DNA of 64,000 nt from Sphyrna mokarran (GCA_024679065.1 JAGIQG010000012.1:52762001-52826000), one strand, 5' to 3'; counted from the first letter of the stretch, positions 38,211 through 52,509 are shown. Made by a program: numbers and translations. The notes: generated from the sequence alone by a model not told the origin.

Positions 38211-40316
38211 CAAAGAAGCTGCAAAGAAATACAGAGATAGTTGCTCAAATTCTTCATCCTTATTAGTCCCATGCTTATCCTCTTATTCTGGTGCGCAATT
38301 TGTAATGATGAACTGAAATTTGTTAATTGTAAAACTTAATAAATTTATTTGGAACTAACTTGTTTATTGTAATCTGGGAGTTTTTAACCCGCAATTAAAT
38401 AATAGCCTTGTGAAAACAGATTCCGAATCCAAAATGTTAACTTTGCTATTCCTTCAAACAGATGCTATCTAGTCTCTTATTTATGGACATTTTTGTTTCA
38501 GGTCTTCACTTTATACTATTTTGCATTTTAGGCTTTAACTGGGGTTAGTAAATTGTAGCCTGACTATAATGCACAGCATATTTTCTTTGCACCAGGTTGG
38601 GTAAGGTAGAGTACCTCAAAAAGGTAAAGGACAACCCTAATTACAAATTATTTATGATTACTTGCTGCTTATTTGCTTTTTTAGGAACAGGACTTGGGAA
38701 TGGAACACTTTGCTCACTTAACCTTTAGCAAATCTTTTCTAGTAGGCAATGGTACATTTCACATAGCTTAAAATCCAAAAACTAGCCCTGCTCCTCCAGT
38801 GAGAGATTGGTGCACTGTTCTGATGAAAATTATGAGAAAAATTGAGTTATCTGAGCACTTTTATTACTCTTGACTCCTCTTTCCTTTTTAAGATATCCCC
38901 AAATTCGAGATAGATCAGCTTAGCATTGTAACTAATTATTATTATTAATGGTAATGCAACTTCCTGTCCTACACCATCCCCTTACTGATTTATTTAGCTC
39001 CCATTACTGATCCAAAAACCAGCCCTGCTTCTTTGTTGACAATGTTCCTCTTTTAGCTGCCAGTTCTTCCCACCCATTTCCTGTTGCCACCTCCTCAGAT
39101 CTCTGGAAGAAGAATTAGCATCAATGCTCTTTAATCTGCCTTCCCGCTGTTACTGGTCAACCAAAACAAAAAGACACCGTCTTGAAAAGCCAACAACTAT
39201 TTCTTCTGGACTTCTTGCCCAGTGAAAGTCAGACTACATAGCTGGAAATAACGTTGTTAAAATATTGGTTTTATCGTCAAGTTGTCTCATACAAAGAGCT
39301 AGACAAAATAAAACTAGCTCAGGATAAGTGAGTCATTGGAAATCTAGCAAGTTCATTTCATGGAGCATGGGAAATTCACCACACTTCAAGGCACTGGAAA
39401 CTACTTTTGTTAAGATCTACAATTAGGCTTGCAAAATTCATTATTAGACCATATTTACCTCAAAGTGCAAAATAAAGCCAATCAGCATTCTGGCAAAGCC
39501 AGTTAATGAGCTTACAAATTGTTTCCTCACAGCCAGGATTTTACCTCCACTTATGGAAGAATGGTTATAAGCACCAGTTTTATGGGTCATGTAACAATCA
39601 GCTCCTGAATGCCAAAGGATATTTTCCTTTCGGTCAAATACCAGAAATCAGGGCTGGACCGGCCAGCAAAAGCTTTGACATAGCACCTGTGCACCTTTTC
39701 ATCAGGTTGGTAAGTGTAGGCAAGAAGTTGGCTCAAGTTGCACATTATTGCTGGCTTTTGCTAAAGGGCTCATAGAACATAACTCCCTTCAGCTACAAAT
39801 GGCATCAGTAAGCCTACATTGACTTTGTTTTCCTAATCCTAAGTAAAGCCACAACAGTGCCATACTCTATCTTGATTGGGAACAAACTGTTACTCTATTT
39901 GAAATGTTCCTTGCTGTGATTTAGTCAGTGGTGTACTGAAGTAGTTCTTACTCATTCTCCAGAAACTCTTAAATAATCTTACTCCTTTATCCAAATGTAT
40001 CAATAGATAGCAGTCACTCCCTGCCAATTTATTTTTATAGGATACGGATTATCAGCCTGAGCTTCTTTTTAACTGAAGTAAGAACAGTTGAATGCAATAA
40101 ATGTCATTATACTTAAAAAGATGAAGCATTTAATGTAGTGCTGGGCCAATTTTCAGCTGCATGTAAATACACAGTAAAGCCCACCTGTGTTTGGTCAACT
40201 GCATTCTTGGTATACAGGGGCCAGTGCTTGGGCTTCATTTTAACGTGTGAATTGGATATTTCATCTATGACTTCCAAACCATCTCCACAATATTCTCTTT
40301 TTTCCCCCTCACTCCT

Positions 40317-40446
40317 GGGGCCAGATTTTATGGCCTTGTTCATCCTAAAACTGTAAAATCCTGCCTGGAAGGTCAACAGACCTTCCCATTGTCTGCCTCT
40401 TACCCACTCCAATTCCCATGATGGACTGGGCAATAAAATTCCAGCC
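40317..40446 (+). mobile_element. ~130-bp MITE-like element
   Basis: ggggccagattttat...gtaaaatcctgcc...ggtcaacagacc...ataaaattccagcc. Confidence 0.75.
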
Positions 40447-40924
40447 TTGGGTCTTTTACTTTTTCTTTCTTTGGCTCTTCGAATTTGTCCTTTCATATGT
40501 TAGTTATATATTATCTTCTTGTTTTTTGTATTCCCCCAGCTGAAATGTTTCTGCTTGAAAACCTGAAACTCTGACAAAGTTCCAATATTTCCTTCTAACT
40601 CCTGTATTCAGTATTTCCATTTTTAAATCACAGCTGTTACTCATTTCACACTAGTGTTTCTTTTCTTAGAATCAATCCAATTATTTTTTCCTCCCAAACC
40701 CATCATTCCAAAATCTGGAATTTTTTAAAAATGGTATTGCAAGGTTTATTTTTCAAATACTACTCAACTCCTTTATTCACACCACTTGTCTGATATTCAC
40801 AGTTTTAGATGGGGAAAGATTTTCTTCAATTAATTGTGGAGAAAACAATACCTACAATGCCTTAGAATACCACTCCATCCCTTACTCTGGCCGCTATTTG
40901 TGACTGAACCAAACTGCTTGAAAG

Positions 40925-41790
40925 CTTATCCTATGTAATCTTCAGGTCAGCTTCTGATCCTATTCTCTCTCCAATACCATGACTGCCTGCTTTCCACCTC
41001 CATGAAGATGACGCAATGGTTAGCACTGCTGCTTCACACAGTGCCAGGGACCATGTTTGATTCCCAGCTTGGGTCACTGTCTGCGCAAAGTCTGCACATT
41101 CTCTGCGTAAGTTTCCCTGGGTATTCTGGTTTCCTGATACAGTCTGAAAGATATGCTGGATAAGTGCACCAGTCATGCTAAACTCTCCCTCAGTGTATCC
41201 TAACTGATGCCGGAGTGTGGTGATTAAGGGATTTTCACAATAACTTCATTGCAGTGAAAATGTAAGCTTACTTGTGACACTAATAAACAAACATTAAAAA
41301 AAATTTTTAAACCATTCCTGCCCTTCCCTCAACTCATCGACTTCTGAAACTCTTACCCATTCCTTTGTTACTTCCAGACTTGATTCTTCCAGTGCTGTGT
41401 TTGGTTGTCAACCTTCCATAAAAATGAACTCATCTAAAGCTGCTCTGAGTCCAAGCTTTCTCCAAATCCTATTCACCAATTACTGCTGTTCCCCAGCAAT
41501 CCCTCAATGTTAAAATCCTGATTCGTGTGTTCAAATTTCACTATGTCCACCACCCACTTCTCCATCCTGCCCATTCCCAAACCCTGTAACCTCCTGCATC
41601 CTACACTTTCCAAGGTCTCTACATTCCTTCAGCTCTGGCCCTTTGTGAACATCACTCTGCCGTTGGCTACTGTGCTTTTTCCACAGCTGCCGAGGCCCCA
41701 TATTCCGTAAACCTCTGCTCCACATTCTCCTCCTCCTCCTATAAGCCGTTCCTTAAAAGCTACTAAACTTTTGGTCACATCTCAATGTCT
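40925..41790 (+). mobile_element. L2-clade LINE 3' fragment interrupted by a V-SINE
   Basis: gactgcctgctttccacctc [SINE] ...ctgaaactcttacccattcctttgttacttccagacttgat (A.FHL...ETLTHSFVTSRLD); ccttaaaagctac 3' region. Confidence 0.7.
41010..41300 (+). mobile_element. V-SINE (gtgacactaataaa-tail subfamily)
   Basis: atggttagcactgctgcttcacacagtgccagggacc...gtaagcttacttgtgacactaataaac. Confidence 0.88.
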
Positions 41791-41984
41791 GCCATAGTCT
41801 GGTGAGGTTTCTGAGAGTTTTTTTTTAAGACTTTTCCTATTGTTGAGCCTCAACTAGCAGTAGGGACATGAAGACCACCCATACACCTCCCTGCCCCTGA
41901 CCTAATTACAGCAGAGGCAGGAAGGTGGGATGGGGGGTGGTTTCTCCCGCCAGATTAAACACACCTTCATCCCCCATCAAATTT

Positions 41985-42062
41985 GCATTGAAGGAGTCAA
42001 ATTGAATCAGGATGTTATGGATTCAGAGGCAAGACTGCTTCCAACTGAGCCACAGCTGATAG
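41985..42062 (-). mobile_element. tRNA-derived head of a Deu-SINE-like element
   Basis: Minus strand tcagctgtggctcagttggaagcagtcttgcctctgaatcc... Confidence 0.55.
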
Positions 42063-43396
42063 TTAACATGGTGTCAAACATTTCCAGGTTCCCACTCCAT
42101 TGTTTGAGCGATATATGATTTTTAAACCTTTTTAACCCTTTTGTTCAGCATAATGACCAAACCACCTCCTTGCACACTTGTATCTCATCCCAGAATCATC
42201 TTTGCGCAGAACTCACCAGCACTAAATTCTATGCTTTTCCTGTTGAAACCTCTTGAATATTTCTGCTCAAATGACACCCTCCACTCAATCACCGTAACCA
42301 TTTTCCTCCACTCATTATCCTCTTCTTTGGAGTTCTATTGTTTTTTTTCCTCTGTTTCCAACCCCCTTGTTACAAAACCATTATTTTTCAACTCACCCAT
42401 ACAAAGTCCAATTTCACAGAAGTAATGAAAACAAAGAAACCAAGACTCAAAAGTGATGTTCTTAGTTTTATTCCAACCACACACTTACAAAATATCTTAG
42501 AGCTTCTATTTAATACTTTTCTACAAATGTCTTTCCTTAACACCAGGACATCAATAAATACATTGTACCGGAGAATTTATTTATGCCACATTCATTTTTC
42601 ATGTCCTTTTTCTCAAAGCTCCATCATGCATTTTTAATTCAGACGTCTGACAAAGGGTGTATATTTGATATCTTATTACTGGTCTTATGTATTTTCAGCT
42701 TCTCATTTCCCCTTTTATGCTTTCTTTCCCAATTCCAATCCTACATTTAAAAAGATCTGCGTTTTAAACACATTTTTGTTCATCTATCCACTGAGAACTT
42801 TTAATGAATGGCATATTTCCTTAATTTTTCCCAAAATGTATTGAACTATATTTGTTACATAAATGACTACTTGGTCTTCACACAATCTCCCATGTCCGTC
42901 CTCAGTTTGTCATGTTTAGCAATCTGGTCTCCTCAGCAAACATTGATACTATTCTTTCTAAGCTCACTTGAAAATCATTCATGTACAAACTGATTTCCTG
43001 CGACAATGCTGACAGATAGACCAAAGTCTGCAGCCGGTCAAAGATTTAAACTCAAGATGCAGCAGTGTTTCAACTTAACTTGCATAAAGCCAAACCTTAG
43101 GTGTCCTAGTCAGGGACTGGCTCAAATGAGCAATCAACGCTGTAGTCAATTAAAGGAAATGGCTTGTAAATCTCAGGCCAGGCTATCAAGATCACTTTGA
43201 AGTGCGACATTTGAAGTGTGACGGACGCAGGCTACATGCAAAACATAAGATATAGAGGACAGGGCATGGGCTAACACAGATCCCTCAGGCATGTCACTAA
43301 CTACCAATTGAAGAAACAACCTTTTATTCCTATTCTCAAAAGTTTAGGAACCCATCTATGCTGTCCATTACTTTAACACTATAGTCCTTGTATCTT

Positions 43397-43738
43397 TAAA
43401 AAAAGAAGGATTTGCAATTACATAGCCCTTTTCATGATCACCAGACATCTAAGCACTCTACAGTCTATTTTTTGGAGTTTAGCCATAGTTATAACGTAGG
43501 AAATGCAGCAACTAATTTGCAAACTCTAACAAACAATAATTGTGATACTGATTGAGGAATAAAGATTAGCCAGAGCACCCTAGAAAACTCCATTGCTCTT
43601 CTTCAAATAGTATCATGGGATCTTTCACATTTACTTAAGCAAGTGGATGGGACATTTCAGTTTAATATCTCATTACAAAGTCAACATGTCCGGCAGTGCA
43701 ATGCTCCCTCTGTACTGCAGTGGGATGTCAATCTTGAT
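43397..43738 (-). mobile_element. Deu-domain SINE (SacSINE1/AmnSINE1-related)
   Basis: Minus strand gtgaaagatcccatgatactatttgaagaagagcaatggagttttc...ggtgctctggctaatctttattcctcaa, a Deu-domain-like core. Confidence 0.7.
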
Positions 43739-44499
43739 AAGTAATCGTTTACATCATACTTATCAAGTATCTTCTGAAACCCAAGTACCTCAAAGCCAAA
43801 ACATTTGTTTTGCCTATACCCACACTGATGCATGCTCCAGAAGCCTTGTTCACTAAACATGCATTTCCCTTGCACGAAGGATGGAATTTGATATCTGTGC
43901 ATTATAGTGGGGACATTAATTGAATGACACCTTCTGCATAAATGCCTCAAATGGCCAGGTGCTGCATCACATAACCTTGAAAGGCCTCAGCCGAGAAATG
44001 GAATTGAATCTGAGTTTAGGTGGGGGCAATTGTTTTGATACTACAACTGGCCTGAACATTCCTGTATCGTGTAAAGGGAGAACAAATACAGAGACAGCAT
44101 TCCTGTGCTGTCCAACAACTATCCAATCACCTGTGCTAGAAATTTTGCCTGTGTTAAATGTTGAGCAAGAACAAGATTAGGCTTTTACATTATGCTATTA
44201 TCCCTTCCAACACTCACTGTCAAGGTCAGTGGTTCTCTCATATTCAAAAGATCCATCTGTCTTACTTACAAAACTAAGATATAGATAGGGTATTATCTCC
44301 ATTTTATTTACTTTCAAACTCGTCAACAGAAATTCTGCTTTACTACCTCAAGGTTGTCACTGTCCCCATTTCTCTCCCATTATGGCTGAGATAGGACACT
44401 CTCCTCTCTCTCCATGCTACTCTGTAATAATACCCGTTTGCTCTTCCTTTCTAGCCCACCACTCTGCCTCGTTATCCATAACTCCTGTTCTGACCAAGA

Positions 44500-44895
44500 C
44501 TACAAGAAACTACGAACAGTTTGAATGTAGCTCAGTCCATCACACAAACCAGCCTCCCATCTATTGACTCTGTCTACACTTTCTGCTACCTCAGAAAATC
44601 GGCCAGCATAATTAAGGACCCTATGCACCCCAGACACACACTTCCACCTTCTTCCGTTGGGAAAAACTCATGTACCAATTGACTCAAGAACAGCTTCTTC
44701 CCTGTTAGCTTTAGACTTCTGAATGGACCTACCATGTATTAAGCTGCTCTTTCTCGACACCCTATCTGTAACTGCAACATTACATTCAGTACCTTCTCCT
44801 TTCCTTCTCCCAAACCACGTATTCTATGAACAGTATGTTTTGTCTGTATCACTCAAGAAACAATATTTTTCACTGCATTCCAATAATAAAAGTAA
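44500..44895 (+). mobile_element. Rex1/Babar LINE 3' fragment
   Basis: Colinear with 37800-38210 (accagcctcccatc...ctcaagaacagcttcttccctg...gaaacaatatttttcactg). Confidence 0.8.
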
Positions 44896-46171
44896 ACTTA
44901 TATTTTCTTCCTCTGTTCCTCTGCAGTGGAAGCATTCTTCTCACTGCACACTATGCTCTGATACCGGTTAAAATGGCTTTGCAGTCTGTGTTTTGAAATT
45001 CTTGGTCTAGGAAATTATAAAGAATAATCATTTGGGTGAGACACCAGGGCAAGAAAGCGGAGGAAAAACCAAAAGAAAATTAGTTTAAAAGTGAATCAGG
45101 AGACACTCTTAGCAATATTTTAACATAAAAATGGCCATTCATTAGACATTAATCTACATGCGAATCAGTTGTGTAACAATTATATTTTGAAATTGCTAAG
45201 ATGCTGTCAGCACTGCACAATCAGCATCACTATAGTAACAATTTAAGCAGTTGTAAATATCCACAAACATTGTGCTATCCCTCCTTCCCCCAAGTTCTTT
45301 CGGGAATAAATGTTTAAATGAAGTAGATCACATTTGAACTGCCCAATTTTCTTCAAAGCAGCGGTATCAACCATAAAAAGAATAAAAGTTTCTGGCATTG
45401 GTTCAAAGAGCAATTTGGAATTATATTTGTATTAAAACGACAAGTTGGTCAATACTTGAATGTTGAGTGAACTTCAGACAGAAATCTGGTGATAATAAGT
45501 TGTTATCTACCCAGAAAGAACCTGTACAATCTCTGCTCACGTTACAGCAAAACCTTCAAATTATTAATTAGTAATATTTCAGACAAGTTGTTTGCATCTT
45601 CTCATGAGAAGCTGAATTAGTTGTATACTGTGACTTGCATCTGTCAGACAACATTGTGGAATGCAAAGGTACAACAAATATACATTTTAAACATGTTGGA
45701 AGCAGGATTAGGTAAGCAATTAGCCATAGTTCACAAAAGGATCATAGACATTCCTCTACATTAGAGACAGGCATTAGGCCACATATGAGGGCACCAGTCT
45801 GCAAGCATTGGGCAAGGCAGTGAGACAGGCAGTGCAGCACAAAGAAAGCACTGCACTAACTTTAGGTCAATGCACTGACAAATTGATGGATCAAGGCAGA
45901 AGAAACAGGAGACACAGGGGATAAGTGAAAAATGTGGAAACAGCTACCAACTTGGCTTAAACATTTACGATAAAAAATTACAAGTTCACTTTCCCCCAAA
46001 AGATGTCATAGCTATTCTGTCACCAAATGGTGACATATAGAATCAACCTTGACAAACAAGTCTTTTGTTTTAAAACCGCTGCAACAATGATCTAATGTTA
46101 GTGATTAGAAATTACCTGCAATTCTTTTCCCTTTAAGTAACAATGATTTGACGTACTCCAACAATTGAAAA

Positions 46172-46355
46172 GTTTTTTTTATTATTACATAGAATCCAGT
46201 GAAAAATATTGTTTTTTTGCACTCTATACAGACAAAGTATACCAGAGAAGGAGAGAATGCAGTATTACAGTCATAACTAAGGTGTAGAAAAAGATCAACA
46301 GAATTCAAGGTAGATCCATTCAAAAGCCTGATGGTAGCAGGGAAGAAGCTGTTCA
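46172..46355 (-). mobile_element. Rex1/Babar LINE 3' tail
   Basis: cagtgaaaaatattgttttttgcactctatacagacaaag...gcagggaagaagctgttc. Confidence 0.75.
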
Positions 46356-47924
46356 GAAATTGAAGAAATGTACAAAATGACTATGCCTCTCTTTGGGATT
46401 TTCTGCTGTTCTCTGGTGATTGCATCCTCCAGAGAGGTTGGGAAGAATATTATTAATAATGCTCTAGACATGTTGTGTGTGGGGTGAGTTTGTTGGATTA
46501 GCTGGTCTTTCCTAACCAAATCATTTTTTTTGAAGAATTTCAGCAATATGATCATTATATTTCAAACTTCACCATAAGCCCTCGTCAGGTGGTGATGCAT
46601 TGTTCACAATCAAATCCAGTTTTTTTTGAGAGCTACAACCAGCCACATTAAGTATACCATGACTAGGATAACATGCCATAGAGCTAACAGATATCTTCCA
46701 TTTTCAGTCTGGTGAGATGATGTGGGATGTTCATCATACTCATCTGTCCTTTCTGAAAGATAGCAAAGGCCACAAGTTTACACAATTACATTCAGAGTGG
46801 AATGGGGCCTATATGAAACCATGCTGGATTGAAACACTGAACCACTCCTAGTGAGGGTAAACTTTAGTCCCAGATCCAGTAGTGAGATTTGAGAGAGATG
46901 GAGATGCGCATCTACATAAATTATGCAGCTCCACACCAGAAATCAGGATGGAATTATTGGTGCCAGAAATCCAGCTGCTGGAGACACCTGTGACGCTCAA
47001 TGAGGAGCCCGTGAAACAGCCTCTGCTCAAATCTCCCTGCTGCAGCACAGTGGGATGGGAGAATCACCCCTCTTTTTTACACAGGATAAAAACATACAAA
47101 AAAAAAATGCCTGCCATGTGCTGGTGAGCAAATTTTTTTTTAAAAAAGGAATGTAGAGCTCTTTATAAGGTCAGTCATAAATTACATAAATTAAGGAAAT
47201 TCACTTTGATATAATCAGCTTCCAGGTTATACTGGCAGAATCACTGCGGTAATCTTTCCTTCAAGGGAATGCATGCTCCTTTTGATAAGCATCACAGAAA
47301 ATTCATCAAACACCTCAGTAGGTGATCAAAGTCTTTAAGGCACCAACTTGCCAAATCATTTACATGATTGTTTTCAGACTATTGTTGGCTTTATTCCCAT
47401 TCTAATTTTCATTTTTATGCCAGAAGCTACTCATTGTATCCATGCTATTGTCTTTGGTCAGAATAGTTGGGATGCTGTTGCCAATCTCTACTCCAGTGGG
47501 AGCACTGATGTTCCACACTGATTATGCCACTTAAAGATGGAAAGGCAGATTCCCTCCACTAAAGATGGCCAAGTTGAGAAGGAAAATCTTGACAATGCAA
47601 GTGCTTGTTAAACACATTAATTGGAACTCTGCACAACTGCAAGCATTTGCTATTTTATCTTAATGTTATCTTTGGTTAACAATCCATTCTTACTCTCTCA
47701 GCAAACAATTTAACACTAAATGGGGGTGGGATTGTTTTCTGCACTCCTGATGTGTTCCAGAAAAACAGTGTGCTAAACAGAAACGTGTTGAGTGAAAATC
47801 ATTTTCTCATTAAAAAAAGCAGGCAATAAAGCAGGTTACATTCCTGTAATTTTTATGTTAAAATCCTACTACCTGCCATCAACCGAACTGTCACAAAAGT
47901 CCTCTTTCTACTTACTGCTAAACC

Positions 47925-48200
47925 TTTTCTACTTTCCTCCCACTCACTTCTGTTCACCACTTTCCTCTCCTAAACGCCTTGCTTGCCGCTTTCCACTCCC
48001 ACCCGGAACTTTCTCTTCCATCCCACTTGCTGTTTCTCCCTCTGACTTGTTCACGCTCACTGTTTCCTTCTCCCTCCCCGTTTTCCTCTCCTTGCTTACT
48101 CCTGCCACTTCCCTCTCCTGGTCCCTTGCCCCCTTTCACTGGCCTTTTCCTTCTCCCTCTTTCTCAAACCATCCTGCTCACCTTTTCCCACTCCTGCCCG
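47925..48200 (+). repeat. Pyrimidine-rich low-complexity tract
   Basis: About 275 bp dominated by C/T on the + strand. Confidence 0.7.
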
Positions 48201-48840
48201 TTGAAGTGTATATATGTGGAGATTGATGGATTGATAAATTTTCCCTCAGAAGCAACAAAGAGTGGGAGCTTCTGGCCCTCACACTGATGGGTATTGTTGT
48301 GGGAGGAATGGAGAAAATTTGGAGGCCACTGACTCTTAACAGTATCAGTTCAAAAAGGAATTTGCAATTTTTTTTATTGCAATGACAGATTATTCAATAC
48401 ATAAACAGTGAGGTCAACTTCAGGCAGGAATTTGGTGATGATAGGTTGTCTACACTGAAAGAACCTGTGCCTATGATGCAGCAAAGCTTTCAAATGATCA
48501 ATTAGTAGCATATCAGATAAGCTGTTTACATCTTCTCAACAGAGGCTGAATTACTTGCATGTTGCAACTTGTATCTGTTGGACAGCACGGTATGGAATGC
48601 AAGCATGTACCAGGGGCTAATCCTCCCACAACAATGCTTTCCCTTCCCCCCAGGGTTATACTTACCACAGTATCCCTAGAAGGTTCCTTTTAACTGATTC
48701 CTGATCTCATGTACTTAGTGCAAACCCTGCCGATGAGACAGTATATTGGCAAGGTATGATTATTTATTGAGGCCAGATCATGCAGCTGAGACACTCTTAA
48801 GATTTACATCTATTAAAATAATAAAGTTACTGCCCTTTGT

Positions 48841-48970
48841 GGGTAGAATCTTGTTAAGTCACCACTGTGGAGGGACAACACCTTGCCGATGAGAATCTTG
48901 TTTCTTAATGTTCCTAGGATTTCACCCATTGCCATTTGCGCCTGGGACAAATGAGAGCACAAATCTCACC
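48841..48970. mobile_element. MITE-like element, decayed
   Basis: gggtagaatctt...aaatctcacc termini with internal gagaatctt / ggatttcaccc. Confidence 0.4.
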
Positions 48971-51900
48971 ATGTATCTATATTAGGGCTGACAGTTTCAC
49001 TGACAATGAGGTCTATTCTCATCTCTTTCTCTCCTGCCTAAATAAAGCAAGCCTGCAGCAAATACTTCAAATGCCACAAGACAGATGTAGAAGAACAAAA
49101 TAACAGCTAAACAGAATGATTACTATAATTTAATCATTGCAAAAAAGACTATCAATCAGAAACTGGATAGCTCATTCAGTTAAAATATTGAAAAGACCAG
49201 AGCAAGAATCAGTGATTGCTCAATTAGCAATTGGAGAAGAAAACTCTTACCAACTCCTTTGGGGAAGATGTAGAGAAACTCAAGAATGTTTGTAGCCTGA
49301 AAATAGTTTCTCTCTTCTCTTGGCAATCACTATAAATTAAGCATTTAGAGTTTGCAGCTACATAGCTCCCAATTCTAATCTTTCATAATCACATGTCCAT
49401 TGTTTGCTACTGATCTGACCACCAGTAGCAAACGATGAGCAAGTCCAATTAAAGCTAGCCCAAATTGAAAATTTTTAAATTGACTAAAATACTTGGTGGT
49501 AATCTCCAAGTAGTAATAATCATACAGTTCAAATGATAAACTTGTTGTACTACTTGTGACTTTACGACTATTATCTGACACTGTTGACAGTGTAACAATT
49601 GCTACTAGTTTTCTGGAGGGGTGAGAGAAGAGAGAAGACAGAAGTTGTATATGAGAGCTTTAATGTCACTTTTCACCTGTTAAGCAGATGCTGTCTTCAT
49701 GATACAATGGGATCATAAACAGTTCTCCCACCAATTTAAGGATTTATTAAGCCTCTTTAAATATACAAACTCAGCAAACTAGTGATATCAAGGCAGTATA
49801 GAGTAACGAACACGCTATCCAAATCAAAATAAATAATATCAGCGTCAGATGGCTTGTAAACTTAAGCGCTAATAATTGCTGGCAGTCAAAGATTTCTGGA
49901 ACTTGCACTGATTTTAAATCTATGAGCCAACGTATTAAAGAGAAGACCTCATGTTTTTAGTGTTTAAAGTTATTTTTAGAAGATACAGGTTGAAATAGAC
50001 AAGTATGCATTTCACATAAGTAACACAAATGTCCACTGGACAAAACTAGCTACCAACGATAGGAACATAAGAAACTGGATGTGACATGGAACTATATTGT
50101 AACAACTGAGAGGGTTCAGCACACAATTACTAACCATATTTGTTGCATCGTGGATGGTAGAAAGTATACAAGATGGGCGATGGCCCTTTTTATCTAACAA
50201 TTCTTATGTTTTACTTTATAGAAACAATGAGGCCTTGGGACTTGAGGCACTTAATATCAAACAGTGAAATTATCCATGTAAATTTTCCCCCAAAGATGCA
50301 CATAAGCAGTGAATTTGGGTGGGTGGGGTTTGATTAAAGGAAGCATTTGGTTTAACCAAGCAATCAAATTCAACTGCTAATACATTATACCTGTAATTAC
50401 ATTTTAGTCAAGATTTTCCCCAGTGATTGACTATCCACATGTGAACACAGCACAGCTCAGTATAATAGTTTCATCCCCTTACTAACAACTGTGAACATCC
50501 TCCAACAGTGCGGGTTCAATAGGAATGTGGAATTAACTCCAGAACTTTAGACATAGCAAAATGAAATGTAATTTCTGATAAGTGCATTTTCACTAAGTCC
50601 TGCACTGTAATTTCTGCTTCTTTGAATGTTTTCTTATGGATTCAATACAAATCAACTAACAAGAAAAGCAAGCTTCCACAAATGTCTGTGCATGAAGAAT
50701 GGTTGGATGACTTCAAACTTTTTTCTAACTTAAGCTTGGAATTTAAATATCTGATGCGGCCTGAAAGCTCCAATTGTTTGTCGTTATTACATTCCAATGT
50801 ATGCTAGTAGGATTGCAGGAAATTCAACAGTAAAGTGACACTGACAAAATAATCAGGTATATTTTCCCCAATTAATTCCCCACAGAAACTTCTATCCTAA
50901 AAGGGTATTGGCCAATTTCACTTTCTTCTTTAGCACTCTACTCTGAAGCTGGATTGAGTACTACACAGACACAATGCACTCTAGGATTACAATTGGAAAG
51001 AAAGAAGAAAAATTTTCTTATTGAATTCTGAACACTTAGTTAATCACAGAACGATAACTGTAAGAAGTCAGGCATTGATCATCTAACTCTTTCAATGCAA
51101 GTGTTGGATGGAGCTGTGTGATTGGGGAGAGCAGCAGACAACAGTAATGATGGATATGGAAGGAAAAGACAAAATACTATACTTATAAATAGCAAAATGG
51201 CATGTTAGGCATAAAACCTGTCCTTGACACTCTGCATAGGAGTAGTTTTTAGATACTTTGAAACTGGCAATACAGAAATCAATGGGCATCATTCAGTAGT
51301 GTCTATGAATTCACTGAGTAGGACTTAAATATGGGTTTCAGACCCTCATTATAAATAAATTGCGCTCAGAGACCTGATTTGCCAGAATCTAGATACAAGT
51401 TACAACTTAATTAGTCATCTCTGAACTATTCATTAAGGCCAATAGCCCAAGCCTGGTCAGCACTACCAAGAGGGGGTGGAATGCTAAATCAGCTGGAAAA
51501 ATTGAGGAATAAGCTAGAATTTAATATTTCAGCAGAATCTCACAATATGCTCCTCATATTAGAAAGTAAACTTCTCTGTCGGCAGTGTTTGGACTGGGGA
51601 TGTGGTCCTTGGTGCCAGGGAAGACCCCTGGAAGCTGGGGAGTCACTGGGTCCATTGGGCCCACAGTCTCATGTAAGGGGATGCCTTAAGTTGCAGCCTC
51701 TCTATGCAACATGAACCAACTGGCCACTGAGAATATTCTGGCAAGTGTGAATATTCATCCCTAATTTGGACTTCAGTTGCTTTCCTGCTTCCATCGAGTA
51801 GGCAGCTATTCTGAATATTGGCCTGTGCCCAGGATGCTTTCTCGGTAGCAATAATGCCTGCTGTTTGCCTACCACATAGACATGATCACTGGTCTCCTGT

Positions 51901-52509
51901 TCTTCAAGCTGCTTGGGCTCGATGCCTGTCCCGTGCTGCCCCCCTGAGCTCGTTGCTTAGCCCTTGTTGCCCCCTGAGTTCAATGCCTGACTCTCCTCTC
52001 CGGCCTGACTGCCCCTTGGTCTTGCATACCATTCCCTGTCCCCTGTTGCTCTCTAGCCCACCTTGCCGGCACTGGCCTCTTACCCACTCATCTGCCCCAG
52101 TTCCCACTGCTCTCCAGTGCCTTTTATTAGGTTCCCTGCCACTACTTCCCACTGTCATTTACTGGAACCTGGAAATGGCATAGAAAGGTGGTCAGCAGCA
52201 CGGGAGGATGGATAAGGCAGGTCACCGTGGCTAGGAATGGCATGGGTGGGAGGGAAGGAAGATGATGGCATGGGCAGGAATAGGGGAAAGCCTGGAAAGT
52301 GTGTAGGGAGTGATGGGGATAGGCTCGTATGGGATTTAAAGTAGTACTGTTAAACTGATGCTACTAATTTTGTCAAATATTTTACAGATTACGCTAGTTA
52401 AATATTAAAACAGAAGTGACTTCCCACACTCACATGGTTATAGTTAAATGCAGAACTCAGGAAATTGCTGTCTAAGTTGTCCTACTTCTCAAGAACCTGT
52501 ACAGCATTC

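Noticed and set aside
47792-48287. Pro/Ser/Leu-rich ORFs of 102-144 aa
   Set aside because: Produced by a pyrimidine-rich low-complexity tract.
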